A DNA stretch of 63,989 nucleotides, filler included, from Catajapyx aquilonaris (taxonomy: Eukaryota), in the NCBI GenBank assembly GCA_000934665.2. It is 3 parts of 3 records of this genome, joined end to end, with 100 filler letters (N's around TTAATTAATTAA, not from the genome) between each part and the next. Parts side by side here need not be neighbours in the genome. Positions count along the whole stretch, not along the records: positions 1 to 21,667 come from JYFJ02006010.1; positions 21,768 to 43,379 come from JYFJ02006011.1; 1 more part is not named here. The stretch is one strand, 5' to 3'. The position numbers and the translations under genes are program-made. The notes below the pieces were generated by a model, which was not told the origin of the DNA, did not search any database, and was given only the letters and a program-made list of their open reading frames with translations. Below, one piece after another: positions 14,767-28,577 of this stretch; position 1 is the stretch's first letter, and the number at the start of each line of letters is the position of its first letter.

Positions 14767-15277
14767 TGTACACATAACATCCCGAAAATGATCAAACACG
14801 GGGCCACGTATCAGTTGACCAAACGGTTCACAAAATCAGTGAGAAATCACCCCCAAAAATAACTGTAATTACACCACACAGAGCAGTCAGTCTTAACTCT
14901 TAAGGTAAACACGATCAAAATAATTACAGGACCAGCAGGTTGCAAACTAGCAAGAAGGAATACTCATCCACAAGTACTGCTCCGAATCCACAGGGTCTTC
15001 GTCAGTTTCGCAAGTTGAAAGATCCGTAGCCAGATAGGGAAATCTTCGTAAAAGGAACTCGCACTGAAGCTACGAAGTACGAAAAGTTAGCTGCTCGTAT
15101 AGCAGCATGTGGAGAAGGAGGCAGCCTGCTCCAACACCCAGGAACCTCGGCCGACTATCTGTTTTCAACTGGGTTCATCAGTTCCGCACAAACACTCGGG
15201 TCAAAGGGGGTAACTGCCTCCAGAAAATAAGGTGCAGTCAAATACATCCGTTTGACCGATTCATGTTATAAGGGACA
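14767..15277 (+). mobile_element. Possible isolated LTR of an LTR retrotransposon
   Basis: Starts TGTACACATAACAT and ends ATGTTATAGGGACA (imperfect terminal inverted repeat, TGT...ACA); purine tract AAGGGGG just upstream resembles a PPT; no TSD seen. Confidence 0.3.
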
Positions 15278-18200
15278 TCATATGTGATCTGACCATGAGC
15301 ATTGCACAATCAGTCGACAAAAATGTCATCATTAATGATCCAAAATTATAGTCATTTGTGTGGAGCGATAATTCTGAGCAGTGAGACTCTTTTCACAGTT
15401 AAAATGGCCTCACTTATGTATAAGTGCAAGGTGTGGTATGAAGTATGAGTCGGGCGTGGGTCCCCCACACACGTATACAAAACCAAAAGCAAGTGTGAAA
15501 TTAGAATAGGAGGGAGGGCCATTCATTGCCCAGCCAGCAGTATACACTGCTGCTGTCGTCCGAATGTATCGTTGCTGCAACGAAGCCAGGTCCTGATCTA
15601 ATTCACTACCGGTCTCTGCTGGCAAAATCGCAGCGGGTGCTGGCCCAGGCTATATGGCCGCCTAATTTGATTCCCCCCCCCCTCCACTCTCCTCCACACT
15701 CCCCCTCCCCCACATCTCGCATATTATATGATGGCGAGTGTTGGCCAATTAATCTTGGATTTGAGCTGGAGGCAGCGTGTGTATGGGTCACGTGGTGGCA
15801 GGCAGCGTGAAATTCCAGTAATTGCTGGGAGAATGGAGTGACACCGAGGCACTTTGTTACGATTACACGCCGAAGGAGGGAAGGAGGGAGAAGGAGAAGG
15901 AGGGACCCGGATTGTTGGGTGTGGTGCAGCTCTCCATCCGCCATCATTGTGCACCCCCCTTCCCAACTCCTTTCAAAGGCCAAGAAGAAAAAAAAACACT
16001 ATGCTCTTTTTTTCCTCCAATTGCGTGTAGTGCATGCAGCTAAGTGTGCCGTTGCGGAATTACTTCCTCAAGTCATACTATAGTGATGGCGTGTGCCCTA
16101 CTACCGGAACTGTGCACTTCCAGTATAGTGTAACCTTTTTCATATAACTCTGCCAAACTGCGAATAGGGTGAATGGCTATTTACTCGCGCTATTTATTTG
16201 GCCTAATAAAGTGCGTTCGGAGTCCACCTTGTTCCCATCTTGCTGTTGGAATGGGTCGTGTATAAGGTTAGACGTGGACAAAAGAGAGCAAAGTCCGGTT
16301 AGAGAGTATAGTGTCGTGAATAGTGGACGATTTTGTGTAAATCGGCTTATGGGCTGATGGATGGAGCTCTCTTCCGGCTCCTGATGGCTCGTCCTCAGAG
16401 TGGAAACAAGACGATTTGGTGAATTGCAGAATAAATAAATGGGAGGGAGGGAGCCCTTTGGACAGTCTCAGAGAGGGTGGCTGCTGGTGTCCCCCCTCAC
16501 AGCATCAGCACCCTGCTTACCATTAAGGGGTCAGGAGGAAATCCCATTGCACACGGCCTCTGCCCTCCAAACGGCTGACCTTTTTGTCTCACGCAGGGAT
16601 CTCTCTCTGGCCGGCTCCAATATATATATGTACAGACCCCCGTGGGTTCTTCTCCTAAGCCAGGATTCGGAAGCAGAAGCGTTTTCCGCCCCGGTGGACA
16701 CCCATAGGATATCCCCTGCAGCCCCGAAATCCGCATTGTGTTTGCATCACTTGCTCTCTGGCCCATTATACCTGATGCTCAATGCTTACACCGTCATTCT
16801 TTCGTGTAAAGGTCAGGGACTCTTGGGAAAATTGCGATGATCTTCTGACTTTGCACAATCCCATCAATCGGTTTGCGATTTTCCTCCTAAAGTGCACAAT
16901 GGCGGCACTATTTCGAGGCGCGGTGTCTGCTGTTTTTGAAAGCGAATTTGCGTAGCGTCCGGGCTCGTAACAATTGGCGGTAACAAATGTGCCGGCGCCG
17001 ATCCGCAAATTTGGCAATTATTGACGGTTCTGGTTTTATGAGCAGTGGTGCCGATGACGATCAGATAGCAGCACCCTTCCACCCTCTCTACATCCCTCTG
17101 CTTGTGCTGCTGGTGGTGGTGGTGGTGATGCTGAATGAGGCCGATTGTTGTTGGGTAGGATAATTCGGACCTGATGGCCATGCAGCCGTGACCGGGTGCA
17201 CAATGACACAGGACGTGCCTGCCGTACATACACCACGCCAAAAAAGTGACATCTGCACAGCCAGCTCTATATGTATGATGGCAGGCAGGGGTGCGTATAA
17301 AGCAACAACAACAACAAACTGTGGGGGGGATGTAATAATAAAAACAGAGAGGAAAAGGTTAATGTGTGGGCAGCCCACACTCTCTGTTGTGGAGCGATTC
17401 TCATATCTGGCTGATGCTGCGCGACCCCCCCTTTTTTTATTGTCACCACGTCTGTTTTGTCCAACAAAAATCGACGAGAGCAAAAATTGTGCGGTTTTGT
17501 TGGCGCGTCATCGGCGTAATGGAGGGGCTTTGTCCGTATTACCCGACTGTTTTAGCCAATTTCCTCCCAAGGGTTTAATCTGATCCCTGCGCTCTGATCA
17601 CAAACAAATCTGGAGGCAAATTGTTGCCATCAACTTTTGAATCAATATGCGCCACTTCGCCATCCGTTGTTATCAAGCCAGTGGCAAATGTTTCATACAC
17701 AAGCAGGGACAGGCAGGGAATAGCCTGCTGGTTATACAACCTATAAACGTGCAATTGGCAAGTGAAGGCAAGTGGAGCAATCTGAAAATACGAGGCGGTG
17801 AGTAAATCTCAAGTCAGAGATGGACCAGCTTGACTGACCTTGTTCCTAAGCACAGCTATCATGTGATTAATAATTAAAGTAATTTGCTTCATGATGAGGT
17901 GTAATGGCCCAATCACTCGCATTACTATTCTGCATAATTGCATGTTTAAATTGAGCCCGAAAAAGTATAATTATATTACCCTATAATAGAAGGTGAAATT
18001 TTCCATCACTGGAAAACTATATCGTGTTTTTTAAGTCGAATTACCACGTAATAAGAGGCGAGTCATTCTTAATTATGCATAATTATTGTGGGTATGTAGG
18101 ATTTTGTGAGCAACTCTCTATAATGCTTCGTTATTAAACAATATTGTGTATATTAATTTCGAATCAACAGCTGAGAAGAAAAATACATTATCATGCATTG

Positions 18201-21200
18201 CACGGAGCATCTGAGCAAATACTCAGAAATACAACAAATATTGTAGTTGTTGTATCATCTAATACTAAGTCCAGCTCCGGGAGGATCCTACGCTTGATAA
18301 CTATCTGAAAAATACTTAGCTAATAATATTATTTTTGTTAGTAACGGAATTGTCATCTTTCATTTTACATCTTGTTTTCTGGATTCACATAATTATGTGA
18401 TTGGATATTTTGTTTATTGAGGGAGATGTTTAGTTGTAATCACATTTTCATTCATATTTCAGTTTTATGTTTTTGTCATCATTATGAAGATTTTCTCAGA
18501 CTATCCACACTGAGTGTTTCAGGTTCCCTCTCTCCACCTGATATTCCACATGGTATTTTATGCGGGCTTGAAATGATCAAACCAGCAGTTCATGCTTGTA
18601 CCAGCAGATATATACGTCAGACCAAGGTTTCCTGTCAATGTCTTTTTATCATGCTGATGAAAATAAATATGAAACATTGAATGGTGTATTGTACACTGAG
18701 TTCAGGTATATGAGGGGAGAAGTTAATTATTGATGGGTTACTCGGCTGCAACCAAATCAGAACGGAAAAATCCATGGAATAAGAGACATTACAATCAGAC
18801 TCGCATTGTTTGTCTCTTGTGCTCCTATTGAACTGGTGACATGGGCATTTTATAGGCTCTCCCTTTTTGGGATCCCGACCAAGATTTCTGGTCTGGTATG
18901 TTATCTTATTGGCACCAAGGGGCCTAATTTGCGGTACGATCACACTCACCATTTTAGTCAAATTGATTGTAGGCCTACCCATTTATTCCCATGTGTGGTC
19001 GAACCAAATTTTTATTTCTTATAAAAAGAACTATAATTATAGGGACCATTTAAATTCGCCGGAGATGTTTTTAATGGATCCCATTCAAACTTGAAACTGG
19101 TAATCATTCCCTTGTGTATATCTGATCGTTCTGCATTTCAATTCCGATTTTTTTTGTGTGTCCAGCAGTATATAGTTAAGCCACCTGACGTTTCCGCAAT
19201 TGATTAATGGTCTCTCTCAAATGTGCTCGTTTTATGCCCAACATGCGAGGCGCATGCAGGCATTATAATGCCACTGTGGATTCCTACCTTGGCATCAGTG
19301 TCCAGCAGCTGATCTCTTTTCTGATTCTGTGCAGCGCGTCTGGTGAAGAAGTAAGGTGCGGATTGAAGAGGACCGAATCAGGTCCTGATTGTAATTGGGC
19401 AGGACGTGCATACGTGCTTCGGCACGATCCCAAAATCCTCGCAACGAGTTTTTTTTTTTCTTCCTCTTCTTCCTCGTATCCTGAGAAAGCAAAAACGTGC
19501 AGCGCCCCCCCCACTTAAACCGCGGCAAAAATATTGGAGCGCATTTCGAATCGTCCGTCGTGGCCAGCGAGTTTACGAGGTGATTGTTGGCCATCAGCAT
19601 TCCCTGTCTGCTGCTCCGAGTCTAGTGGCTGGTGACGAAAGATGAGACCAGGGGTTTGGATTATGTGACAGAGATGCCCCCCTCGGGACCCGCTGGCTGT
19701 AATATTGAAAGGGCTGGATATCCTATAAGAAACCGGTCGCCATGACTCCTTCCCCTCCCGAAAGGCGTTGCCTCATCGTAACGAAGTAGCCCCGGGATGA
19801 CAGAAGCAGGCCTACCGCCTGTTTCTCAAACAAGTACAACGTGTGAAGCAAAAATGCAACCTCCCCCACTCTTTCCCCCCCAATTTGAATTCCCCCCCTC
19901 TCCTTCCAGTCAGGGAATGGAATACTAAGCTGGAAGGAGGAGGATGCCAGACACTCCACCACCACCTGGACTAGTTTCCTGTTTCCGTTCCCTCCGAACT
20001 CAATCTGATAACATTTTTTTCTTAAAAAAAAGAAGCTCTCGATTGGCCCCCTTTTTTGTGTGTATGCTTTTACCTAATGCGAGTAAACATTCAATGACTA
20101 TTAAGCCGAATTTGGGCTGAGGTAATAACGTCAGGATATGTTTGTCTTATCTTTCTGACAAGAGTGTTGTTTTCAGAAATACAAGTTAGTGAAATGAAGC
20201 GAAAGTGAAATGGCAGATAATTTTTTAAACAGTTGGATTTGTTAATTTCGGAGCGGAATTGACTTACGTTTCACCCTGTATATATATAGAGATGGCCGCT
20301 TTTGACTTGCAGGTTTCGACTTATTCAGAGCCATGAATATTAGAAAATCGCTTTTGATCCTCCGGTGACTCAGGTTGGAAGTCAATAATTCACGGATAGA
20401 GTATGATTGTTGTATGGATCGACTCTTCCCCCCTCTCCCCCCTTCTTCCTCCCAGATAATCCTATATAAAGTGGGGAGGGGGGTAAGTGTGGCCATCATG
20501 TAGAGTGTTTCCCTTGGCTCCGTCTGGGGCATGAATGTAATCTAGACGAGAGATAGCGATCGAGGACAATTGCGATAGAGAGAGACAGAGACCTACTGTC
20601 TAAGAAGGGAAGTCAAGCCCTTGACAGGAAATTGTTTCTTGCGGTCATTCTATATAATGTACCGAGAGAGGGGGGGGGGGGGTGGATAATGGAGGAGTGA
20701 ATTGCGGCGTCGGGGGTTTGTTTTTCACTGACAGCTTGATCGCATCTATCCCTGCTGCTGGTGCAGAAGCGGCAGGGTCTCAATCAGAATGCACACATCA
20801 GGTCAGGTTGACCTCCCCCCTTCCCCTTCCATCGACGCTAAACGTTGCCATGGGAGCAATGATGATGTTATGAAATATCCAGGCCTTTGCTGCCCCCCAG
20901 GCCAATCATATACGTGGTTTGAGGTTGTTCTAAAGATGGAAGAAAAAAAAGTTGTACGCCGGCCCCTTTTGGAAATTGTCTTATCGATGCCAGAAGTCAC
21001 ATCATGACAAGCGGCATTAACATTTACGAAATTACAGAGAGGTTTTACATACGTCCCTGTGTGCATAATCGGAAGGTCAAATGCTGCTGCTGTTCTCCTG
21101 GGAGGAGGGGGTATATAGGGGAAGGAAAACTGCACCGTTATTAGGGACTTATTGCATGCATCTGACAGTCGCTTAATTGTTACTACTTGTTTATCGCGCA

Positions 21201-21667
21201 TTGAGTTGGATGTCGTTATGTGAAGGATCATTGTCTTTCTTTTCAGAAACGTCCCAATGTCACCTGGAGCTCACGGCCATCCAGATAATGTGCCGACTAT
21301 ATTATGTACAAATCCAGTGCCAGATTAAAGAGTTCAATAAACTGCTTTATATCCACTTGAGTTCTTGTCGTGTCATTTTTAATCCATTACGTCGCATCGT
21401 TGGCTCGAAAAATCAGGTTGAGGTCGGTTTACAAGAGTCGTCAAAACAGGATTAGTTCTTCTATTACTAGTTGTAGTAGGTGCTGATATCTGGTATGACC
21501 TACTGGGTATAGCTATATAGTGGTGTTCCAACCCGGACGTAACTGTTACTGTCCTACCTGTATTGGATCTGTACAGTGTACAATATGTGTAAGCAACAGG
21601 AAGAATGAGTTTCCGAACCCACACACACGATTCTCTCTCGCTCTCCTTTTTCTTCTCCTTCTTCTTC

Positions 21668-21767
21668 NNNNNNNNNNNNNNNNNNNNNNNNNNNNNNNNN
21701 NNNNNNNNNNNTTAATTAATTAANNNNNNNNNNNNNNNNNNNNNNNNNNNNNNNNNNNNNNNNNNNN
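21668..21767. other. Scaffold gap with artificial six-frame-stop linker
   Basis: 44 N + TTAATTAATTAA (21712-21723) + 44 N, exactly 100 bp. Confidence 0.97.
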
Positions 21768-21842
21768 GCGACACATTATAATTTGCAATATGCAAATTAT
21801 TATGCTGTATAGGATGCCGTAATTAGTAATCTTAGCTTAACA

Positions 21843-23555
21843 CTAGAAAAACCCTCGCTCCGCTCGAATTTTTCTATGGCACAGGCGTAGAAAACCGCTC
21901 GCTTCGCTCACGTTTTTCTACGCCTGCGGTGGACACCGCATTTTAAATCGCTTCCGACTTAGAGCCAGTGATGATGCCCATCCCCCAATCATATGTGTAC
22001 TCCCACCCCACCCGTTCCTCCGTCCGTGATTCTGAACTGTTATCCACGATTCCGTACTACCTTGCGAACCGTCTTAAATCCCACCTTTGCATTGCATTGG
22101 CTGGGAAATACTCTGCATGCATTTGCTCACCTCAACATACCAATTCCTTTGGAATTTTTAAAACCGTCAATAAATTATTGTACGAACAGAAATTCACAAC
22201 CTCTACCGCCTCTACTCGCATGCACTCATCGCACACATGTATCTAAATTATATTATGCACACTTTCCGACCAGGTTTTGTAACTGCTCATAATCATAACT
22301 CCCCTTTATTATAAACATCCATGGAACTCTGCAGAAAGACGATCAAGTACTGATTTCATTATTCTTCCCGACAATTTCTTTTGATATTCTGGACCTATTC
22401 CCGGGTTCAGTGTTGAATATCGCAGCCAATCCTGCTTACAAACTCTCCCTGCGGTGTTGACAGGAGGTTGACCTTCTTTAACCCTTTGACGACTACGGAC
22501 ATCATAATATTATGATGTCTTGAGATTTGCCCTGACCACTTGGGACATTTTTCAACTCGTAAAATTCCGACCTAACCGATTTTCTTGAAATTCGGTGCAT
22601 TGGTAGCCCACACCAAGGGATGACAAATTAACGCACCTATAGTTACCTGCTCGAAAAATTGACCCACATTGGAGGGGGGCATAATTATGTCAATGCACCG
22701 AATTTCAAGAAAATCGGTGAGGGCGGAATTTCACCTCTGCTCCCCTCCAATATGGATCGCAGGGTCCTTTTGGGCTTATGTCGGGTTTACAGGCCATTCG
22801 CCGAATTAGGAAACAGTACCTGCGGCTTGCTGACCCTTTGAATCGTTGTTTTTCTGCTGGGTTTGAAGTTGGGGGAGTGACCAGCAGGGACCCCGGAAGT
22901 AATTCCTCAAGCTGAAGCAGAATGCAGATGGCAGCATTGTTGTCATTGTTGCCGAATCGTATGTTGCTAGGTGATGAACAAACACAACGATGAAAATGTG
23001 TAAATCGTGACTAATTGATTCGGCGAATGGCCTGTTAACTCGACTTCAGCCGACTTGACCTCTTCCCCCCTCAAAAATGGGTCGCAGGGTCATTTTGATC
23101 AGGTAACGATAGGTAATCCGGGCAGTCCGCGGATTATTATTCATTAATCTCACTCTTCATCAAATTTCCGGAAAAGGGGGGAAAAGAACTCAGGCCCTGG
23201 GCCGTAGTCCAATGTTCGGCTTGTTTACGGCTTCCATTTGGACCCCCTCCCCTGTTGTGAGGTCACCGTGAATAAGATGTGGGCGGAGGAAGGTGGAAGG
23301 GTGGAGGGGTCTTCACGGGAGAGGAGAATGATGCGTCCTCGTTGACGTCCAGCAAGCGACTGTGGCGTTCTCCCACCCATTGCGCATGCTCGGAACGGGG
23401 GCCAATCGGAGGCGTCGTGGTAACAATGCGTATTGAATGCGTCGCAGCAACAATGGACGGGGGCCAATGGGAAGAGGTGGCGGCAACAATACGGGGGCGG
23501 ACCAATCAGAGGGCTCGGCCCCCGAAGGCAAGCATTTTAATATTATAGAAGAAGA
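21843..23555 (-). mobile_element. Non-autonomous Helitron-like element
   Basis: Minus-strand 5' end a|TCTTCTTCTATAATATTAAAATG; 3' end with two GC-loop hairpins followed by CTAG|t; flanks A (21842) and T (23556) fit an AT target with no TSD. Confidence 0.55.
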
Positions 23556-26500
23556 TAATTATATCTGAAACGGTTAAAATGCACACGGGTGGCGCCTTTA
23601 ACAAAACCTGAGCTCATCTATATAGCACCCTGTATGATATAAATAATCCAGGCAAGTTTAGAGTTGTGTAGGAAGGTTGCTGTAATTTTGTGTGTGAAAT
23701 GAATATTATTTTTGTCTTTCCTAAAAATTTCCAATAGTTAACTCATCACATCACAATGTTGGGAAGAATGATTCCGTTGTTTCCTACTGATTACTTTATG
23801 CCGGGAAGCATATTTTAAAAAGATTGGGATTCATATGCATTAATACCTTAGAATTGGTTACAATACATATGATTCTACTTGTCCTGGAATCTACCTTTCT
23901 CCAGTAAGCTATCTACTGGGTGAGAGATTCTAAGTCTATTACGCCTTTGAAAACGAGCCTAACTACTGTTACTTTGGTTGTTGATTTAATTGTTATTAGA
24001 TCGATGTAAGTCAGGACACACTGGACTATACTGGAGGCTATATCCGAAATAAACAGGTTGTCCGATATCCGAGTGTTCTTGGACCACGACCATAACACTG
24101 AGGGGTCGAATATGCTGACATAATGATAAAGGTAGCTTCAACACAAGCCTTTTTATTAAACTCCGTTGTAGAGTCGAACAGCTTCTGATGGAGGCAGTCG
24201 TGTTGCTAGTATCGAATTACGTTCCCATTTATTCTGGTACTATGGATTTAGATGAGTTTTAAGTATATGACTGATAGCTTGTGCTCACCTTTGAACACCA
24301 CCTCTCTGATAACTGATCCAGCCAGTAGCATTGCGCCACGTTCAGTTTGTAATGCCATTATCCTGATGAATCAGTAGTATAATTCTTACAAAATATTGCT
24401 TTACACAGCATCCCGGAGCATGACAGAACGCAATGGCACAGTTTGGTGACCTTAAGTGAAACAAATCTTTACTCATTGTGATGTAATTAGCTCACGAGAC
24501 ACTTCCTCATTAGTCACTGACAAGCAAGCAAGTTCAATTCACAGCGAGTGCCGTTCACTCATCCAGCCTCTCTTTAAAATAATGTCCGAAGCTATGTTTC
24601 ATCAGTATATTACCCCCAATGGTTCAACTAATACACAACCATCATTTCTTGCCAGTTCTTTTCTGAAACAGCCCTCTAACTCTGTCATGAAATTTAAAGA
24701 AAATTTCATGACTCCGATCGAGTGAGGTCTCCCTGGAAGAAAGATTGAGAATGGCCTGTCCCTGGCCAGTAAACAGTTTGACTAGCAAAGATTTGTCCGA
24801 TTCCAGTCTCGACTATACACGAGATCCTGCCTGTTGGGTATGTTCCTTCGGGGATTCCATGGTAACTGAAACCTATCAGCAGTTCCTTGATCAATACACC
24901 AAGAAATCTTTTCACTGGCTGTGGAAGATAGTGCAGCGACAAGTGACATATTGATGTGTGTGTGAGGAAACTGGGAATTTTTAACGGGGATTGTGGCGGT
25001 AACTCGCGTGTGACGTTCAAGAGATGTGTAGAAAAAAGTATGGGAGAATAGACCAGAAGTGTTTGAGATTAATGATGATGTTATGATTCCGTGCGCCAAA
25101 TACGATGACATATACTTCGTCTTGTCTACAGGTGATTGAGATGCAAAAGTCTATAGCTTACTTTGATGTAGTCTATTGAGAACAGAACGTCACTGACTGG
25201 CCCAGTTTTAAAATCATATTACAAATGGCAATTGCAAAGTTAGCGCCCTTCGTCCGTACAGATAATTTAATTACAGTGATTAGCTGGAAAGATAAAAATG
25301 GCGGAGGCAGGTCTTTCCGATAGTATAAGGATGAGCTTCAAGGTCACGACCTAATTGACTACCATTAGTTAGACTAAAAAGTTCCACAGAATCGACGGTG
25401 TGTTGCATCGAACAGGATCTTGCCACCGAGTGTCACAGATGATGATGACCATTGTGCCAACCCTACCACGGTCGTTGCATCGTACAACAAGCAGAAAATT
25501 GCACATGCGAGGCTTTGCTCTTGATAAGTGCTTGCCGTTGTGTATATGATTACGTGCATCAATTGCTGCATGCTACATACATAGTCAGGCATATACTGAA
25601 GGGTATTCAGCTCGCCAGTCGCCAGTCACACATTTGCAGTTTCTGAGATGACATTTAGGCTAACCGTTGCCTGTTCCAACATTGTCTCTTGTTATTTTTT
25701 CATCACGTGATTTTTTAAAAGCGATAATTACTGGAGTTTTTGAAAAGGGACGGTGACTATACTGTACAGGTGTGATAACTTTTTTATTTGACTTTTTATT
25801 TCAATGTTATTATATCTAGTTAACGTAATCAATATTGGCAGCGGCAAAACGATCGTACACATTCTTTATAGCATATTTCATTGCCATAATCCTCTACTAT
25901 ATCACATCTACTCTACTATAATACTCTACTATCATCACACTATAAAACCCGGATGATCGTGTATGTTATATGGCTGAGTCACTATTCAGCTGCCATATGC
26001 TGTTTGCGTGAGAAATAATGAATGATGCGCAATGGTTGATTGTTTTTACATATATTAATAGGCATACTGTTATGGTTATAATCAGTCTGCACTGCCACAT
26101 TTCGATGAAGTTGTTAGTATAGGGTGAGATATGGAAACCAATAAGCTGCAACAACATGTGCAGGAAATTGTTTGAGACGTAAGTACTGCAGAATACACTG
26201 CAACTTTTTTTTCGTAAATAACTTATTAACAATCACCTAGGACTTTGAAAAAGCATGCAATGTGTTCAAAATGGCTATTCGCGCATTCTTTCCCTCTTAA
26301 TTTGATCACTTTATGGCTCCCTCGTTTCCAATTGATTATTACGTGCACGCACCATTACCCCCATACTACATCTTTCATCGCCCAATAGTCATGATAAGGC
26401 AGGTCCACACCTACGACCTTGAGGTCACGTAATGAGTGTCAATTTGCTGCAACATCCGTGTGTTTTCGTGCTGACTGGTTCTCACATGCAAAATTGTATT

Positions 26501-26934
26501 GCGCATATTGATATGACAATTCTCTGCACATGTCGACATCTCTCAGGGTCATCTGAATTCATAAATATGAGATGAGGTATGTGAAATACTCCAGTGTCCC
26601 TAACTGTCTTCTAATGCGAGTGACGTTGCTTCCGAGTTGACCTAGGCCTAGATGGGTAATTGCTTCGGAATCAATTTTCTCTGAGGTATCATTGCGTGCA
26701 CGCGACTGTCAGTCTGAACAACTTCCGATGACATTTTGTCTGTCCCTCAAGACATTCGATTCTACGTCTCTTCCACTGGGACATCCCAAGTTCGAAACAA
26801 CGCGAATCTGGGTCATTTTTGAGCACACGAACACCCAACGACGCAATGCACAGCACTTGTGCTATGTCACTTGTGAATGTCAAATGTTTATTCTTCGTGG
26901 TGCTTGCAGATGTTTCGCCAGAAGGGCCAGACAC

Positions 26935-28577
26935 ATGCGGTCCCCGTTCCGGAAGTTGTTCGTGGTGGTAGCAGTCTCATTGCTGCTGATCACTGTGTAT
27001 CTGGACACAATGGGCACCAGGCCTACCCTCGAAGGTATGTGACTGTGCACTTGTCGCATTGTTTATCGGCTCATGTTTGCTCCGAATGCCAGATCCCAAA
27101 GCAGAGCCTGTCAACTTACTTGAGGACAACGTCACCGGGGTGTCCACTGTTGAACCACCCAGCAACACTGTGTTGCCTAGGATTAATCCGGACACTCTGG
27201 ATCTGAAGACGTACTTTCGGTGGTTGTCCAGCTCTATCCGGGCGTACTTTGCTCGGCTGGGAGACAGTCCGTACCAGAGGGCGTGTCCAGACACGTGCGG
27301 CAGGACCACCGGAAACGGACCACCGGTCAAGATCCTGCTGCTGGCCTACGGAAGAAGCGGGTCTTCCGTTACAGGAGAGCTCCTCGCTGCCAATCCGCAT
27401 TTGCATTTTTTCTACGAGCCAATGTATGTGTACAGAACGTTGCAGGTATGTTCGGGCAGGTAGCACCTCCCGTTTTGCGTCATTCAACAACGGTTGTGCC
27501 ATTGCAGTACGTGAAGCAGGAGCAGTTTGTGCGAAAGTCTAGCTACCTGCTGGACGAGGTGTTCGGATGTTCTCCCCACACGATGGCGATGATGGCCCAC
27601 ATACGGTGGAGCATCATCAGAAAGGAGCCCATTGAAAAGACAACGTCCAAAAATCCGTGTCCGGAGGACGACCCAGTAAGATCATCCTCAGTGTGAAAGT
27701 GTCCCGTTTATACACGTGTTGTGGTTTGCAGGACAGTGTGATGTGTGGGAGTGGAGGCGTGGTGGTAAAGACTATACGGATGCGAATCAGAATGTTTTGG
27801 AAGTGGCTAATGGCGCACCCGAATGTCCATGTGGTACATCTGGTTCGTGACCCCCGAGCCATGTTGTACTCTATGTCCAACAACAAGGACTGGCACAAGA
27901 GCAACTACACAAATGCGGCCATGTTATGTCGAGACATGGCGCAGGACCTCAGAGCCGGAATGGCATTGCCGACTGAAAGGTATGACCCACATATCTAGTG
28001 TGAGACACGTGACATTTGAATCGGCTTTTGTTTGAGAAACGCTGCAGTTATAGGTCCGAATTTAGCGGATATTTTTGTGCTTTTTGCACATGAAGTGTAT
28101 ATCCTTCCTTTATATTTTAGATACACTGTCGTACGATACGAAGACCTGGTGGAGTACCCGATGGAAACCACCCGTCGCCTGTACTCCCGTCTGGGTCTTC
28201 CTTTCGGCCCATCGACACTGCGCTTCCTCCGCGAGCACTTCCATGTGGGCGAATCCACCCCGGGGCCTGCCCCTACCCACAGCACCCGTCTCGTCGCTCC
28301 CAATCGCCGTCATAGGAACCCCCCTCCAGGACATAGCTCCAGCATATTCTACCACCTCCGCAGCTACTGGGACCGCATAAGAGATATGTCCTCATATGTC
28401 AACTACTACTCCACCTTCAGAAACTCTTCTTTCAGACACGACAAGTGGCGGGACGTGATGACCCCTGAACTGGCCAGGAGGTTGGACAAAGTTTGCATGA
28501 ACGTACTAGAGATGATGAATTACCCCAGGTACACTGAGACTACCACCGGTGTTCCAAGCACAAGTACAGTGACGTAA
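26935..28577 (+). CDS. Golgi type II membrane carbohydrate sulfotransferase (Gal/GlcNAc-6-O-sulfotransferase, CHST1/4/5-like), ~441 aa
   Basis: Exons 26935-27034, 27093-27445, 27508-27675, 27732-27979, 28121-28577, all GT-AG and phase-consistent. N-terminal TM (LFVVVAVSLLLITVYL), 5'-PSB motif RSGSS, FYEP, KTIR, 3'-PB motif HLVRDPRA, RYEDL, KWR. A further upstream exon is possible (acceptor at 26909). Confidence 0.88.

Noticed and set aside
14975..15012. Hammerhead-like CTGACGA...stem (minus strand); similar partial motifs near 44667 and 62231
   Set aside because: Catalytic core incomplete (no correctly placed intact CTGANGA plus GAAA and stems)
21712..21723. TTAATTAATTAA palindrome repeated at 43424-43435
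   Set aside because: Sits centred in identical 44N+12+44N blocks; an assembly linker with stops in all six frames, not biological
1..26900. Many 60-145 aa ORFs in the ORF track
   Set aside because: Low-complexity or simple-repeat-derived translations with no recognisable domain or consistent exon chain
27446..27459. Apparent 14-nt GT..AG intron in the sulfotransferase
   Set aside because: Too short for the spliceosome and would shift the frame; the 62-nt intron 27446-27507 restores phase
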